A stretch of DNA of 63,962 nt, counting the filler, from Catajapyx aquilonaris (taxonomy: Eukaryota): assembly GCA_000934665.2 (NCBI GenBank). It is 3 parts of 3 records of this genome, joined end to end, with 100 filler letters (N's around TTAATTAATTAA, not from the genome) between each part and the next. Parts side by side here need not be neighbours in the genome. Positions count along the whole stretch, not along the records: positions 21,527 to 43,005 come from JYFJ02006063.1; positions 43,106 to 63,962 come from JYFJ02006176.1; 1 more part is not named here. One strand, 5' to 3'. Position numbers and translations under genes: made by a program. The notes beneath the pieces are model-generated. The model ran no database searches and had not been told where the DNA came from. It saw only the letters and a program-made list of their open reading frames with translations. Every line of letters begins with the position of its first letter. Position 1 is the stretch's first letter. Positions 36,881 through 50,600 of the stretch are shown one piece after another.

Positions 36881-37551
36881 TTTGTATTACCGCAAGTAAA
36901 AAATTGGCAGACAGTTATTGGTACACTAAGTAACTGTCAAGAGGATATAAAGATGCATTGAGGGCATTCCCAAATGTGACCTGGACAAACTGAAGACACA
37001 CTTGGACCATAATATCTATATTTCCCACATTCACAAGTCTGAAGTTCAGCTGGACTTGTTTTTGAAGGAATATGCTCATTTCCTTGGATTCGTGAGTTTC
37101 CTCAATAAGGTTACTATGTTTCCAGAGAAGTGCTACAGAAACTTTCCTCTTGGATAAAAAACAACTGCAATTATTATTGTGAAGGGTTCCGCAGCAGGGT
37201 AGGCAATTTCATTTCAGTTCTGTTGAAAATTGAGTGGTCTAATGATGCACTCTGGGTTAAGAAATTCCAGGTTTATAAAATTCATACACTGGTGTTCATA
37301 ACAAATTCAGGTGAGTGCCCAGAAAACAACCCTTTGTGTCAACATGTTCATCAAGTACCTTCTATGGAGACTTCCACATCACATAGTAGTCATTCACATA
37401 TAATTGTGTGAAATCATTCAAGTGGGGCATTGTGTGGAACCAATTGACCACACTGCAACCAATTGACCACACTGCAATGTGCACATGGTTGGAGATGCTT
37501 CTGTATTTTTAAAAATAAATAAAGAACGTCATCTGTAAAAGCTAGTTCAAG

Positions 37552-38418
37552 ATGGACAAGATAAAGTTGGTGCCACTTTTGCTCCTTCTGGAAGAGTTGC
37601 TCGAGTCAGAATCAGATCATGATGAGCACGTGGCAGTGGCAGCCGCAGGTATCCTGTGCGCTAAGCTAGTGAGAGATGCTCAAAACCGGATCCCTCTCTA
37701 TGCAGAAGAGACAGTGGGACGATACTTTGACTGGGAATTCAGAAAGCATTTTCGCCTCACACGAGAGAGGGTCAGAGAGGTGTGCACACAATTTGAATAT
37801 TCTCCCTTCATGCCGGAAGGGAAACATGGGTGTGCACCCATTCCAGCAGAGAAGTGTGTCCTCATAGGACTGGAATACCTAGGTAGGTCCTGCATCAGAG
37901 AGAGCAGTGGTCCTGGACTTCATTGTCACAAACCCCTGCTGAAATTTATGAAGAGATTTCAATTCATCTGCATGCATACTTGACTACATGTTGACCCCTT
38001 AAGGAAGAGATTTACTTATTTTCCATTACACGGATATATCCACATGTATTCCATGTGGTTGGCAAAGATCACAAGAGGTTTGGTGACAATATGTGACTAG
38101 CATTGCATCCAATCTGAGTCGTACAATAATATAACATATATTTTCAGGTTCACAACAATCAATGTATTCAATTGCCAATACATTTGATGTCACCCAATCA
38201 TCCGCGCACATTACAACAACAAGATTCTTGGACTTCCTGTTCAGTATTTCAGCAGAAGTCATAAAGCTGCCAACAAAAGACGAGAAGCCCCGAATAGCAG
38301 AGGGGTTTTCTGCAGAATTAGGCCTCAAGAGAGTGGTTGGAGCCATAGACGGGAGCTTCATCCCAATAAGAACACCATCCGAGTCGCCTAGCTCTTATTA
38401 CAATAGGAAGAATTATTA
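37552..38418 (+). mobile_element. Second Harbinger (HARBI1-like) transposase, 5' half with intact intron 37883-38147
   Basis: EFRKHFRLTR ... LIGLEYL/GSQQSMYSIANTFDV..SS ... VVGAIDGSFIPIRTP...YYNRKNYY, then abrupt truncation. Confidence 0.9.
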
Positions 38419-38693
38419 CATGCAGTGGGAAACGTCCTGCAGGAAAAAGGAGCAAAAGAATGTGTGGGTAGGTATTTCAATGTCATTCATGATTGCCACA
38501 GCCACTTATACCAAACGATGCAAATGAAAACCCTAACTGTAGTGAAGACATCTTGAGAAAGTAGAATTAATAATTCACAATATGAATATTATTCTATTTA
38601 TAGAAGCTGACCAGTACTTTGATTGTATGTTTCTCCATAGGCTACATCATAGTTTTGTGACATGAACATGATTTATGCTTTACAATTTTGCAG

Positions 38694-39390
38694 AGTGTTT
38701 GCATCAGCCATGTAGCCAACACGAGAAAAGGCCGGCGCCACAGGCAAAAAAAGAACAGTAAAGTCCAGCAGACTTTTGAACCGGCAGTGACAGGGGAATC
38801 AGCTGGTGGTATTCAACATGAAGAAGAGAGCCAGGAGGATGACATGCTGTCATCAGAAAATGCAATGAAGGAATTGAAAGTGAGTGTCACCCAGCATCCA
38901 GGGCCGGAAACTGACTAATTCTTTGCCAGCAGTTACAATTATTTCTGTACCATAACATAATTTTGTTTCTTATTGGGTGCATTTGTGTCATATTTTGCTT
39001 GCAGGTTCTGCATGCAACAGTCACAGATTACACCAACATGGATATGCAGCATCTAAGAAAACTTCTCAAAGCAAAGGCTAAAGCCAGGCAGCGCACAGCT
39101 TATTATGATTTGCTAGGGTACTTACTGTGTGAGACAGGGGTAAGTGAGGGAATTTTTGAGTGTGTTCACTAATTAACTTTTATGACATTTCAATAACCTG
39201 AACATTTGAGCTGGCCATGGAGTGTGAAATCAGATTTCAACGAAAGATGGAAAACATGGAGAAGGATATGCAGACAAGATTTGGCAAAATGAGGCAAATG
39301 CAGGATGTGACCCTTTTTGATATTGATTCCTACATGCGAGATGGGATTGGCCAATCATTCATCAGCATTGGGGTAATTAAATATTTACTG
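38694..39390 (+). pseudogene. Multi-exon SAMD3-like gene fragment, copy 2
   Basis: Exons 38694-38879, 39005-39139 (..HLRKLLKAKAKARQ..G/gtaag) and ~39211-39390 (LAMECEIRF..), with the same exon boundary as copy 1. Confidence 0.55.
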
Positions 39391-39435
39391 AAGAGTGGCC
39401 GCAGGGCGATCAGCGGGCGGACTCTTGGGCCGTAA

Positions 39436-39965
39436 GGAGAGACAAAAGGGGGAAATGCCGGAGGGGCACCATGCATGTCCCCACGACTATCCGTACGTGA
39501 GGTTGGCGGTGAGCCGTGACATCGCGGCGGACAAGACGCCAGCATGCCCCCAACCACCAAGGGGGACAGATCAGGCAGGAACGTCATACTCTGTGCCTTC
39601 CGAAGAAGAGGTGATGGCGTCCGGCCCAAGCATCGTATTGGGGCTGTTGGACCCGAATGTACCGCAGGTGCATTTTCTATCACCAAGGGACTACCTGAAG
39701 TGGAGGGGTGGTATAATACACATGGAGAATAAGAGGCGCGTCGAGGAGGAGCAGCGAGCGGACCTCATTAAGCTAGGGATTCCGGTGGAAGAGGGACCGG
39801 CAGACAAAATGATGCGGAAAGTCACGGGAAAAGCGTTACAGTTGCAGGACGAGGTGATCCAGTTGCGACGCTGGAAGGAGGAGATGGAGAAGGAGAGGAG
39901 GTTGATCGTTGGCGGGAAGAACACGGAGGTGGAGGTGCAAGTTGGTGGCAGGAAGGAGAAGGATG
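39436..39965 (+). pseudogene. Unknown E/R-rich protein family, copy 1 (VHxLxPxxYLKWR ... ALQLQ), in frame with the RT fragment
   Basis: Part of ORF 39395-40192; clearly homologous to 42300-42797. Confidence 0.55.
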
Positions 39966-39969
39966 ACAG

Positions 39970-41668
39970 GATGCAAAGATGGGCAAACACATATAATAAA
40001 ATCCCAGATTGGCAGGCGGCTTTCCGAAAAGGGAGAGGTTGCATGGACCATTTGTTCACCTTTCACATTCTAATACAGAAATATTTATCTAAACCAAAAG
40101 GAAAGCTGTATGCTCTCTTTATCGATCTGTCGAAAGCATTTGACTCGGTCAGACATGACAAATTATTCATGAAACTTAGACTGATCGTGTGACCTGAGGG
40201 ATTTTTAGTATTCTCCCGCCTTACACTTCTGCTCCATACCCCGTTTAACTTTAGTGTCATCGATTTTCTTTTGAAGTCAAGGACGTGTTTGCATTCTGTA
40301 TTTGTTATCACTGTGTCCATCATCTACCGCATTGTACTATACCCATCATGCCTTGCAGGGCTGATGGCGTCATCCTGTTCGAACCGAGTATCATTCCCAT
40401 CATGCTCTGTCTGCCCATTCTTATAAATACTTCTTTTCCACCGCTGTAAGAGGCCTTTCGTCAGCGCCCCATGCTGGCGACTGGTCGTCCACATACCGCT
40501 CCTCTCCACATTTCACCCCCATCCTTTTCCTTTTTACGTTGTGTTCTGAATGCGAATAAATCAGTCCAGTGCGATCCCGTTGTTTCATGCATTATTGACC
40601 CTTGCGGTCACAATCGGTATGAGGGATAAGATAATTATATTATTGAAAGACATGTATACTAAAATGGGTATAGTTTCGGAACATAATACAGATCTAATTA
40701 AGATAACAACAGGACTACCACAGGGTGAACCTTTAAGCCCATTCCTATTCAATTTATATTTAGCAGATCTCCATGCAGAGTTAGCAGCCGCAGGTGCTAA
40801 AGGTGTAAATTTTGGACCAGGACAAGAGGAAATTTTGCTATTGGGTTACGCGGATGATATAATACTGATTACAGACAACCCATGTTATATGCAGAGAAAT
40901 ATAAATATGTCAGTGGAATATTTTAGAGAGAACGAGTTACGAATAAATTTAGACAAAACCAAACTTGTTTGTTTCCACAAGGGTGGAAGAAAACCCGGGA
41001 AAATTTTCTTTTGGCAAGATCAAAAAATTAAAAACGAATCATCCTACACTTATCTAGGGGTCCCTTTTAAGTGCTCCGGCAAAATGAACGAGGCAGCGGA
41101 ATTTTTCAAAAGAAAGGCCATAGCTGCAATAAATTCACTCTGGCCTGTCTTCATTAAATTGAAACTTAGAGACCTCACGGTGGCATTGAAACTTTTCAAT
41201 GCCCACATTGTGCCAGTCTTATTGTACGCATGCCCAATATGGGGACCCCAGCACTTAGCAGAGATGCTCCAGGTCCAAACTTACTTCCTGAAGAAGTTTT
41301 TGAATCTACCACGGACGACAGCAGCATATTTTGTCTACTTAGAAACAGGAGTAATTCCACTTACTTTAAATGTCGCTAGAGCAACACTAAAATTTATACT
41401 CAATATAGAAACAAACTCAAAAAATGAACTTCTCAAAGCAGCATACTCATACACTACACAAAAAGAATTAAGTCCAAAAAACAGATTAAATTGGCTGGCA
41501 AGTAGTTCAAAAACCTTCCAACCTCTAGCAGCAAATTGGAAAAAGTCGGCAGATGAGCTCCCAAAAATCCTTGAAACAATTGAACTGGCGCTTAAAAATG
41601 ATTTAATAAACAGACTACAAAAAACTAGTAGATATAAAAGCTACAAAGAAGTAAAAGACCGCGTCTGA
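39970..41668 (+). mobile_element. Non-LTR retrotransposon reverse transcriptase (RTE group, RTEX-like), 5'- and 3'-truncated, split by a solo LTR
   Basis: QAAFRKGRGCMDHLF, FIDLSKAFDSV, GLPQGEPLSPFLF, YADD, YTYLGV, PVLLYACPIWG. Removing 40188-40616 restores KLRLIGMRDK in frame. Confidence 0.93.
40188..40612 (+). mobile_element. Solo LTR (425 bp, Gypsy-type 4-bp TSD)
   Basis: TGTGACC...GGTCACA terminal inverted repeat, perfect ATCG TSD (40184-40187 and 40613-40616), TATAAA near 40423 and AATAAA near 40555 on the + strand. Confidence 0.92.
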
Positions 41669-41673
41669 TTAAA

Positions 41674-41937
41674 TTGCTCATACGGTTTCTCCTTAAACTG
41701 GGTAGCGCTGGAAGAGACTCGTTGCTTCACAGGGCATTTATGTGCAGCCAAAGAACAGTATCGGGGCACAAGAAGTATAAATGCTGGATAGAAAGGGCAA
41801 GGGTGCACCTAGCGGAAGTAGATATTGCTCTCGAATGCCTCGAGGAAACTGACATGGCTGCATCCCTCGCCAAGCTGACTGATAACTGTCACCGGGATGA
41901 CTTACTGAGGCTTAACACAACCACACGGTATATGTAA
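41674..41937 (+). mobile_element. C-terminal fragment of a second, divergent RTE-group element
   Basis: LIRFLLKL....DSLLHRAF....W....DLLRLNTTTRY aligns with TLKFILNI....NELLKAAY....W....DLINRLQKTSRY immediately upstream. Confidence 0.7.
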
Positions 41938-42299
41938 ACCCAATGGGGTAAACTAAATAAAATAAATAATAAAAAATATATAGCATTCATACACAGATTC
42001 TCCTGATGGTATATGTAAGCGAAACAGGTGATTGCACAGTACCAACTCTCTTCTGTCGGTATATTGAAGTTGAATACCCGCAGAAGAGAGATGAAACAAT
42101 CGCCCATTATGTGTAAATTATTTGTAACCTCTACATTTACAGGTTACGAGATTAGTGTAACCCATACGTTATAAGTTTCCTTGACACTTATGTGTTTCAA
42201 GTTACCTGGTAACCACTACTGGTGAAGTTACATTTTTGAAAAAAATGTCACTTCTACTTTGAAGTTACTTGGCTGAGTGTGTGCTCTCATCCGAGGGAG

Positions 42300-42797
42300 G
42301 GTACGGCGCCGGCCGGTACTGTACCAGCTACTTGGCAGACGAGGAGGAGGAAGAGTTTGGAGTGGGGTCTTCACCTATGTTGGTCCCGATGGGGCCAGAG
42401 GAGCCCCTGGTGCATAATTTGGCACCGGGGGTTTACCTGAAGTGGAGGAAGATGCAGCAGTTCGCAGCCAGGAAGAGGAGAGAGGAGGAGAGGCGCCAGG
42501 AGTTGGAAGCGGAGAAAATGGCGTCACTGGCTCTTTACGGCAGAGGGGCCAGGCATCACTTCCGACCTGCTGTTTGACCAACTGACGGTCAGAGCTTTGC
42601 AGTTACAAATGGAGGTGGACCGGATGCGTGGCGAGGAAGAGAAGAGAGGAAGACCACCACGTACTCCGGGCCGGTTTCTGGAGGAGCAGGGCGGCTCGGG
42701 TGAGATCCGGGATGCTGAGAACCGGCAGAACGAACTGGACGAAGAGGCCCGGATGGAGGCACAGGACGAGGAGGACATCCTCGGTGACGTGCAGTGA
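42300..42797 (+). pseudogene. Unknown E/R-rich protein family, copy 2 (one frameshift)
   Basis: TSYLADEEEEEFGVGSSPMLVPMGPEEPLVHNLAPGVYLKWR, then in the +1 frame EGPGITSDLLFDQLTVRALQLQMEVDRMR. Confidence 0.55.
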
Positions 42798-43005
42798 ACT
42801 GTGTGGTGTTTCAAAAAGAAAAAAAAAGAGAAAAAACAATGGGGGGACGAGCCGGTGGCGTTTGTAGTGCTATGTTTTTATCTCATGTTTGAGTGTCCAA
42901 AAAGTGTTTTTCGGACTTGTATTAGTGGGGGGAATTATCAGGATGGGTGGGCTCGTAAGCAAGTGGATGTGGCGCCGCGGCGGTTGGCTGCGTGTGCAGG
43001 TGTCT

Positions 43006-43105
43006 NNNNNNNNNNNNNNNNNNNNNNNNNNNNNNNNNNNNNNNNNNNNTTAATTAATTAANNNNNNNNNNNNNNNNNNNNNNNNNNNNNNNNNNNNNNN
43101 NNNNN
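43006..43105. other. Artificial contig linker (N44-TTAATTAATTAA-N44)
   Basis: Same 100-bp cassette as 21427-21526. Confidence 0.97.
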
Positions 43106-43987
43106 CCGCGATTTAATTTTCTCGGCCCAAGTCAGATATTCGACACTAGGTGGCTACAGCTATTGAGGCCAGATTGTAATCATGGGATACCAACAGATTA
43201 CAGTTCTGTTGGCATCACTAGTTGGTGCCAAAAAAACTTTTCCAGATGTCCAGTATACTGGACGCCGGGTCTCAGGAGGTTAAATGGACATTGCCCTCCA
43301 ACAAGTTAGGTTCGAAAAATCAGACCAAAAATCTCGGTTCTGAAGATGCAATCAGTTGTTCTGTGAACTGAAATGTAACCCCAGGATGAGAGGTAAAAGT
43401 AAGGAAAATGCATAGTTTTTTAGTTTGCAGGTTAGCGTTTATATGCAACTGCTGCAATGCAGGTAGCCAAGACAAACTGTTGAACTTGCACAAGCCCAAT
43501 ATGAAAAGAGACATTACAATGCCAAAATTGATTCATTTATTGGCAAAAAAAATTAATGCAGCATATGCAAATAAGTTCAAAATGCCTGCAGAATTAACAT
43601 GTTTGCCAGCGCTGGCTGTCCCCAGGCCTGAAGAGCCCCCTGCATCAGAGGATGAATTTTTCCTGGCATCCCAAGTTGGGATCACATTTCAGTTCTCAGA
43701 AAAACTTGTAGCAGCCTCTGAATCAAGCAACGTCTAGTTGCATGTGGTAAAATTGCCCTGCATCAGGTCAGACCTGCCTATTTCAGCCTTGAGGGGAAGT
43801 ATGGAAGTGGAGGTAACAGGGTTGAGTAGCTGTAAAGATAGTGCTTCACATGCTCAGCTACAGGCCTGATGTGATTCAGCACCACCAGGGATAGTTACAT
43901 GTTGGTTGTGCAGCATGTAATTTAGAATAACTATTGTGCATTTTCGCATTATTACCTGTAATTACTACATTTTTTTTTTGTTCTTAG

Positions 43988-44127
43988 GCACTCTGACAGC
44001 TGCTGCCAAGTTGATGTCTCTGATGGGCGCCAAGGTGAAGGAAGCTATTGTGATAATTGAACTTCAAGACCTGAAAGCACGTGACAAAATCCCAGGCATT
44101 CCAATCTACAGTTTGGTCCAATTCTAA
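43988..44127 (+). CDS. APRT: Adenine phosphoribosyltransferase, last coding exon (upstream exons are outside this contig)
   Basis: Strong acceptor TTTTTTTTTGTTCTTAG, then (G)TLTAAAKLMSLMGAKVKEAIVIIELQDLKARDKIPGIPIYSLVQF*, matching the APRT C-terminus after DDLLATG. AATAAA at 44126 and 44176. Confidence 0.88.
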
Positions 44128-44414
44128 TAAAATGACTACATTCCTTACACCAATTATATAAATGACAATTTTGCAAATAAAGTAGATTGCATTGTTAAAT
44201 TCACTTATTGACATGAGAATTTCTTTTTTACTTCACCAGATCAGTACAAAACATGGCCCAAGCACTTGGAAACATGTATTCAGTCCCCATTGTTACTCAC
44301 TGCAGTCCCACATTGCTGTAAGGCAGTTCTGCCCAGCCATCATTTTAAACCGGATACTGAATAATCATGAACAAAAATACAGAAGTAATAATTTTATCAT
44401 CACGGCAGCATGGA

Positions 44415-47259
<2,845 letters not shown>

Positions 47260-47499
47260 TCTGGTGAACCTGGATGCTTGCCACAGCGACAATCGAATGT
47301 GCAGTAGGTGCAGGACCAATCCAAGTGCAAGGGGCAGGCCCTGGGCGACAACACAGCGAACAGAGCAACAGAGAACAGACAATAATGGAAAACAGTCGAT
47401 ACTTGTATAGCTCACGACCGGCGACCTGTACCCCGCTGCCAAATTGCAACGCATCCGCATCAAAGCAGGCTGCAACTCTCATGAGGAAATGGAACGTTC

Positions 47500-47660
47500 G
47501 GCAACACCGCAGGAGGGAAGCCATTTTAGCCTTTTTCGATCGTATTAAAGTAGAATCTACAACAAGATCTGTTTAAACTTGGTTTAAACCCGGCATTGAA
47601 TCTGAAATGATGTCAATTTATTTTTAAAAGTGGAGTCAAAGCGATGCTGTATCAGTAGCG
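47500..47660. promoter_or_regulatory. Probable NEDD8 promoter, possibly bidirectional
   Basis: AT-rich gap between two GC-rich blocks upstream of NEDD8; AAAATGGC (YY1-like) on the minus strand at ~47520-47527; twin GTTTAAAC. Confidence 0.4.
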
Positions 47661-50600
47661 CGATCTGTTGCAGAGAAATGCGGCAGGCCGTTCAACTCGG
47701 CAATTCCTCCGACAGAGGTCTCAGGCGGTAAGGGCGGAGTCCTTGTATCCTTCTTCTGCGTGTGTGTCCGTTCCTCTGTGCCTCCTAGTGGCGGCCATCC
47801 GGAGCCAGCCGGGAATTGTTGTTCGGTTTCAGTCCGGACGCGCGCGGGAGCGGGAGACCGAGGGGGACTCAACCAGCCCAGTTGGCCTTGCGAAGGGTAG
47901 TGGTGGAGGTGCCGCGCTTTCTTTTATCTGGTGCTGCTTGCTGCTGGTGCCAACATGTGACCAGTGCTTTTGGTGGCCGCTCCCTTCAGTCCTTCCTCAT
48001 CAAGCCAAGTAGGTGAGAGGCCAGCGCTCTTTTGTTTTCGCAGGTGACAGGTGTGGCCGTCGGAAGTTGATGGCTGTTTTGCTGCATACGCGGTTGGGCT
48101 TAACAGCAATGGGGAAAGTGGGGCTTCCATCCCTCCTCCTACAGCCAGGGTTGGAGGGGTGGCTCCGATGGTGACAGGGGAATGCCTTGGGTACCGTTGC
48201 TGATTACATGCAGGGCGTTTTCCGTATTGTTCTCGGCGATATGCGTTGGCATGTTCGGCCGGATGGGATGTGTCAACCCCGCCACTCCAGGCGCTGTTGC
48301 ATGAGCGCCATCCCAACAGTAGCACCTGACCGGCTGACCCATGGCAGGTTCATGTCTGGTACGGGCGTCGGTAGGGATACGCCCAAGATTGTAGAGGGCA
48401 ATTAACAAGCCAAGAAGTTGATGAGGCGGTGGCAGGCTTGTTTTGAACAAGTTCAAATATAGTTGGTTTGAACTTGACCAAATAGATGCAGTGTTTGTTG
48501 GCCTTTATACCAACCTAAGAAGTTGCTATAGCCTACTGAAGGCCGCATATGAAGCAGATCTAGCGTGAAATTATGCCACAGAAGGGATCCGACCTACTAA
48601 ATCCTAAATTAACCCACTCTAAATGCATTCAGTGATAGTGAATGGAGTTTTTCCATCGCTTCCTCCCGCAGAGCTATGCAACTAGTGTAACAGGGATTCA
48701 GCTTTGCCCGGAAACTTAATAATGGCATTGTCCAGCACATTTTGGGAGTTCGCTGATTCGGAAATTCACAAAGTTATGTATAAAAAAATGTGGTAGAGGG
48801 GGAAGTGCATATGGGCTATTCCCAGGAGGGACTAGAAAAAAAAAAGTATGGACTACTGCCGGAACTATAGGAACAGACGAAATTGTTTTACGTCACTTTG
48901 CTCTAGCTTCTGATTATTATCATCGCGACTATTTCAATATAGGCTGAACGAACGGGAAGCGCAGATTTTCAACTGCTGGTATCCGCACGGCTTGTTAGCT
49001 AATTTCGCGATTTTGCCAGGAGGTAATGAATTTATTATTGTTTCGCCGCAAGTTCATTGGGAGATCCTTCAAAGATTAGCAGTTCGTAACTCAATTGCGA
49101 GTTCACTGTACAACTACACGAACTACGACTGAAGTAGAGCCCATCAGCATTTATAACATGCAGATTAATAGGATGGTCGCTATAACAGCCCTGGGCTTTT
49201 ATGAAGTGCTATAATTTGTGTACTTTAGAAATATGGCGTTAAAAATGGTACAAAAAGAGTGTGACGTACAGACAAGTGTGACTCATCCTACACACCTTGC
49301 TTAGCATGAGTAATGAACATATATCTCACTGAGATTCTTTCTTTAGCTATAGAGAATAGCGATAGCATCGCAATGACATTTCACAATGTCAAAAATGAAA
49401 CAACAATTAAACAAGAAAATCAACAAACAATATTAACGAAATTAGCGAAATTAGAGAGAGTGACGTCATCGAATTTCGTGGTAGAAGTAAATCAGCATCT
49501 CCTTGTCAGATTTTTCGTTACCCCGTGCAAATGTTGAACCCACTTTTCTCAGTGTACTAATACAATATGTAAAATAGAATTGCCGCACTTCCTAGGTGAA
49601 AATGTGCAACGGCCTTCAACTCGCCGTTGAGCAGGCTTCCACTTTGCATCCTACGTTCCTTGAATGTATGACTCACCAGGTGATGTAAACAGTCATTACA
49701 CAGCGCAACATTATTTCTTCATCACAATTGAACTGGAATGGTTCGCGATAAGACCAACATGGGGACTGGAAAGAAAAAACCTACCCCTCTCCCCCTTGCC
49801 TCCTTTTTCTGCAGAAGACATTAAGATCCCAAAATGCAATTTGAGTGCAGGACATAAATTGGGTCCTGTGTCGAAATACGGGGGTAGGGTCGTGTGGAGT
49901 AAGGTATGGGGATAGGGTATGGGATAGGGTGGTGGTTCCACTCAAAAGGGGATTTGCGATTGCATTAGCGATTAATTAAGTTGCGGCGTGAGATTAATGA
50001 CCTCATTAGCTGGCAGTCAAATTTTAGTGTCAGGATATCACCATCGGGAATTATTCGTAGTAATGCCTCGGCAAAGGCGGCGTTGATGAGGGCTATCAAA
50101 TGCACTTTTCTTGATGATTATGTGTACCCGTGTGCACCAATATGTTTTAAGCGCGGTTGATCATTTGGAGTGATCTCGTTATTTGAATAACTTTACTGTC
50201 GAGGATTATGGAGTGTAAAAAATAGGAGGGACCTTTATAGCCAGTAGACTCTATTTGGAGGCTGGAGTACTGATGTTGCGTTATAAATAGAGTCACAGGA
50301 GTGCCGATGGGGTGACAGCTGAGTATTTACGACGGATGCTAATTGGATTGATAGGGTTGTTTTTTAAGGACTTAGCCGTCAGCGTTTATGTGATTTAGAT
50401 TTTATTTACATATTTGGCGAATCTTTTCAAGGATGAAGGATATATTTTAAAATGCTTACGTGTTTGAGGTTGGCCACAATGTGCGTAACTCAGATTTTTG
50501 GGTTTTTAGATTCCACCTCCACCTCCACGTCACGACGTGTCGCCTGAGGTAACCACACCCTTGCACTTTCATTTTCTACCATCTTCATCATCATTCGTCA

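Noticed and set aside
21527..43005. Literal CRISPR-type repeat-spacer array separating the TE fragments
   Set aside because: No recurring direct repeat was found at the junctions and there are no cas-like genes; the sequence is eukaryotic.
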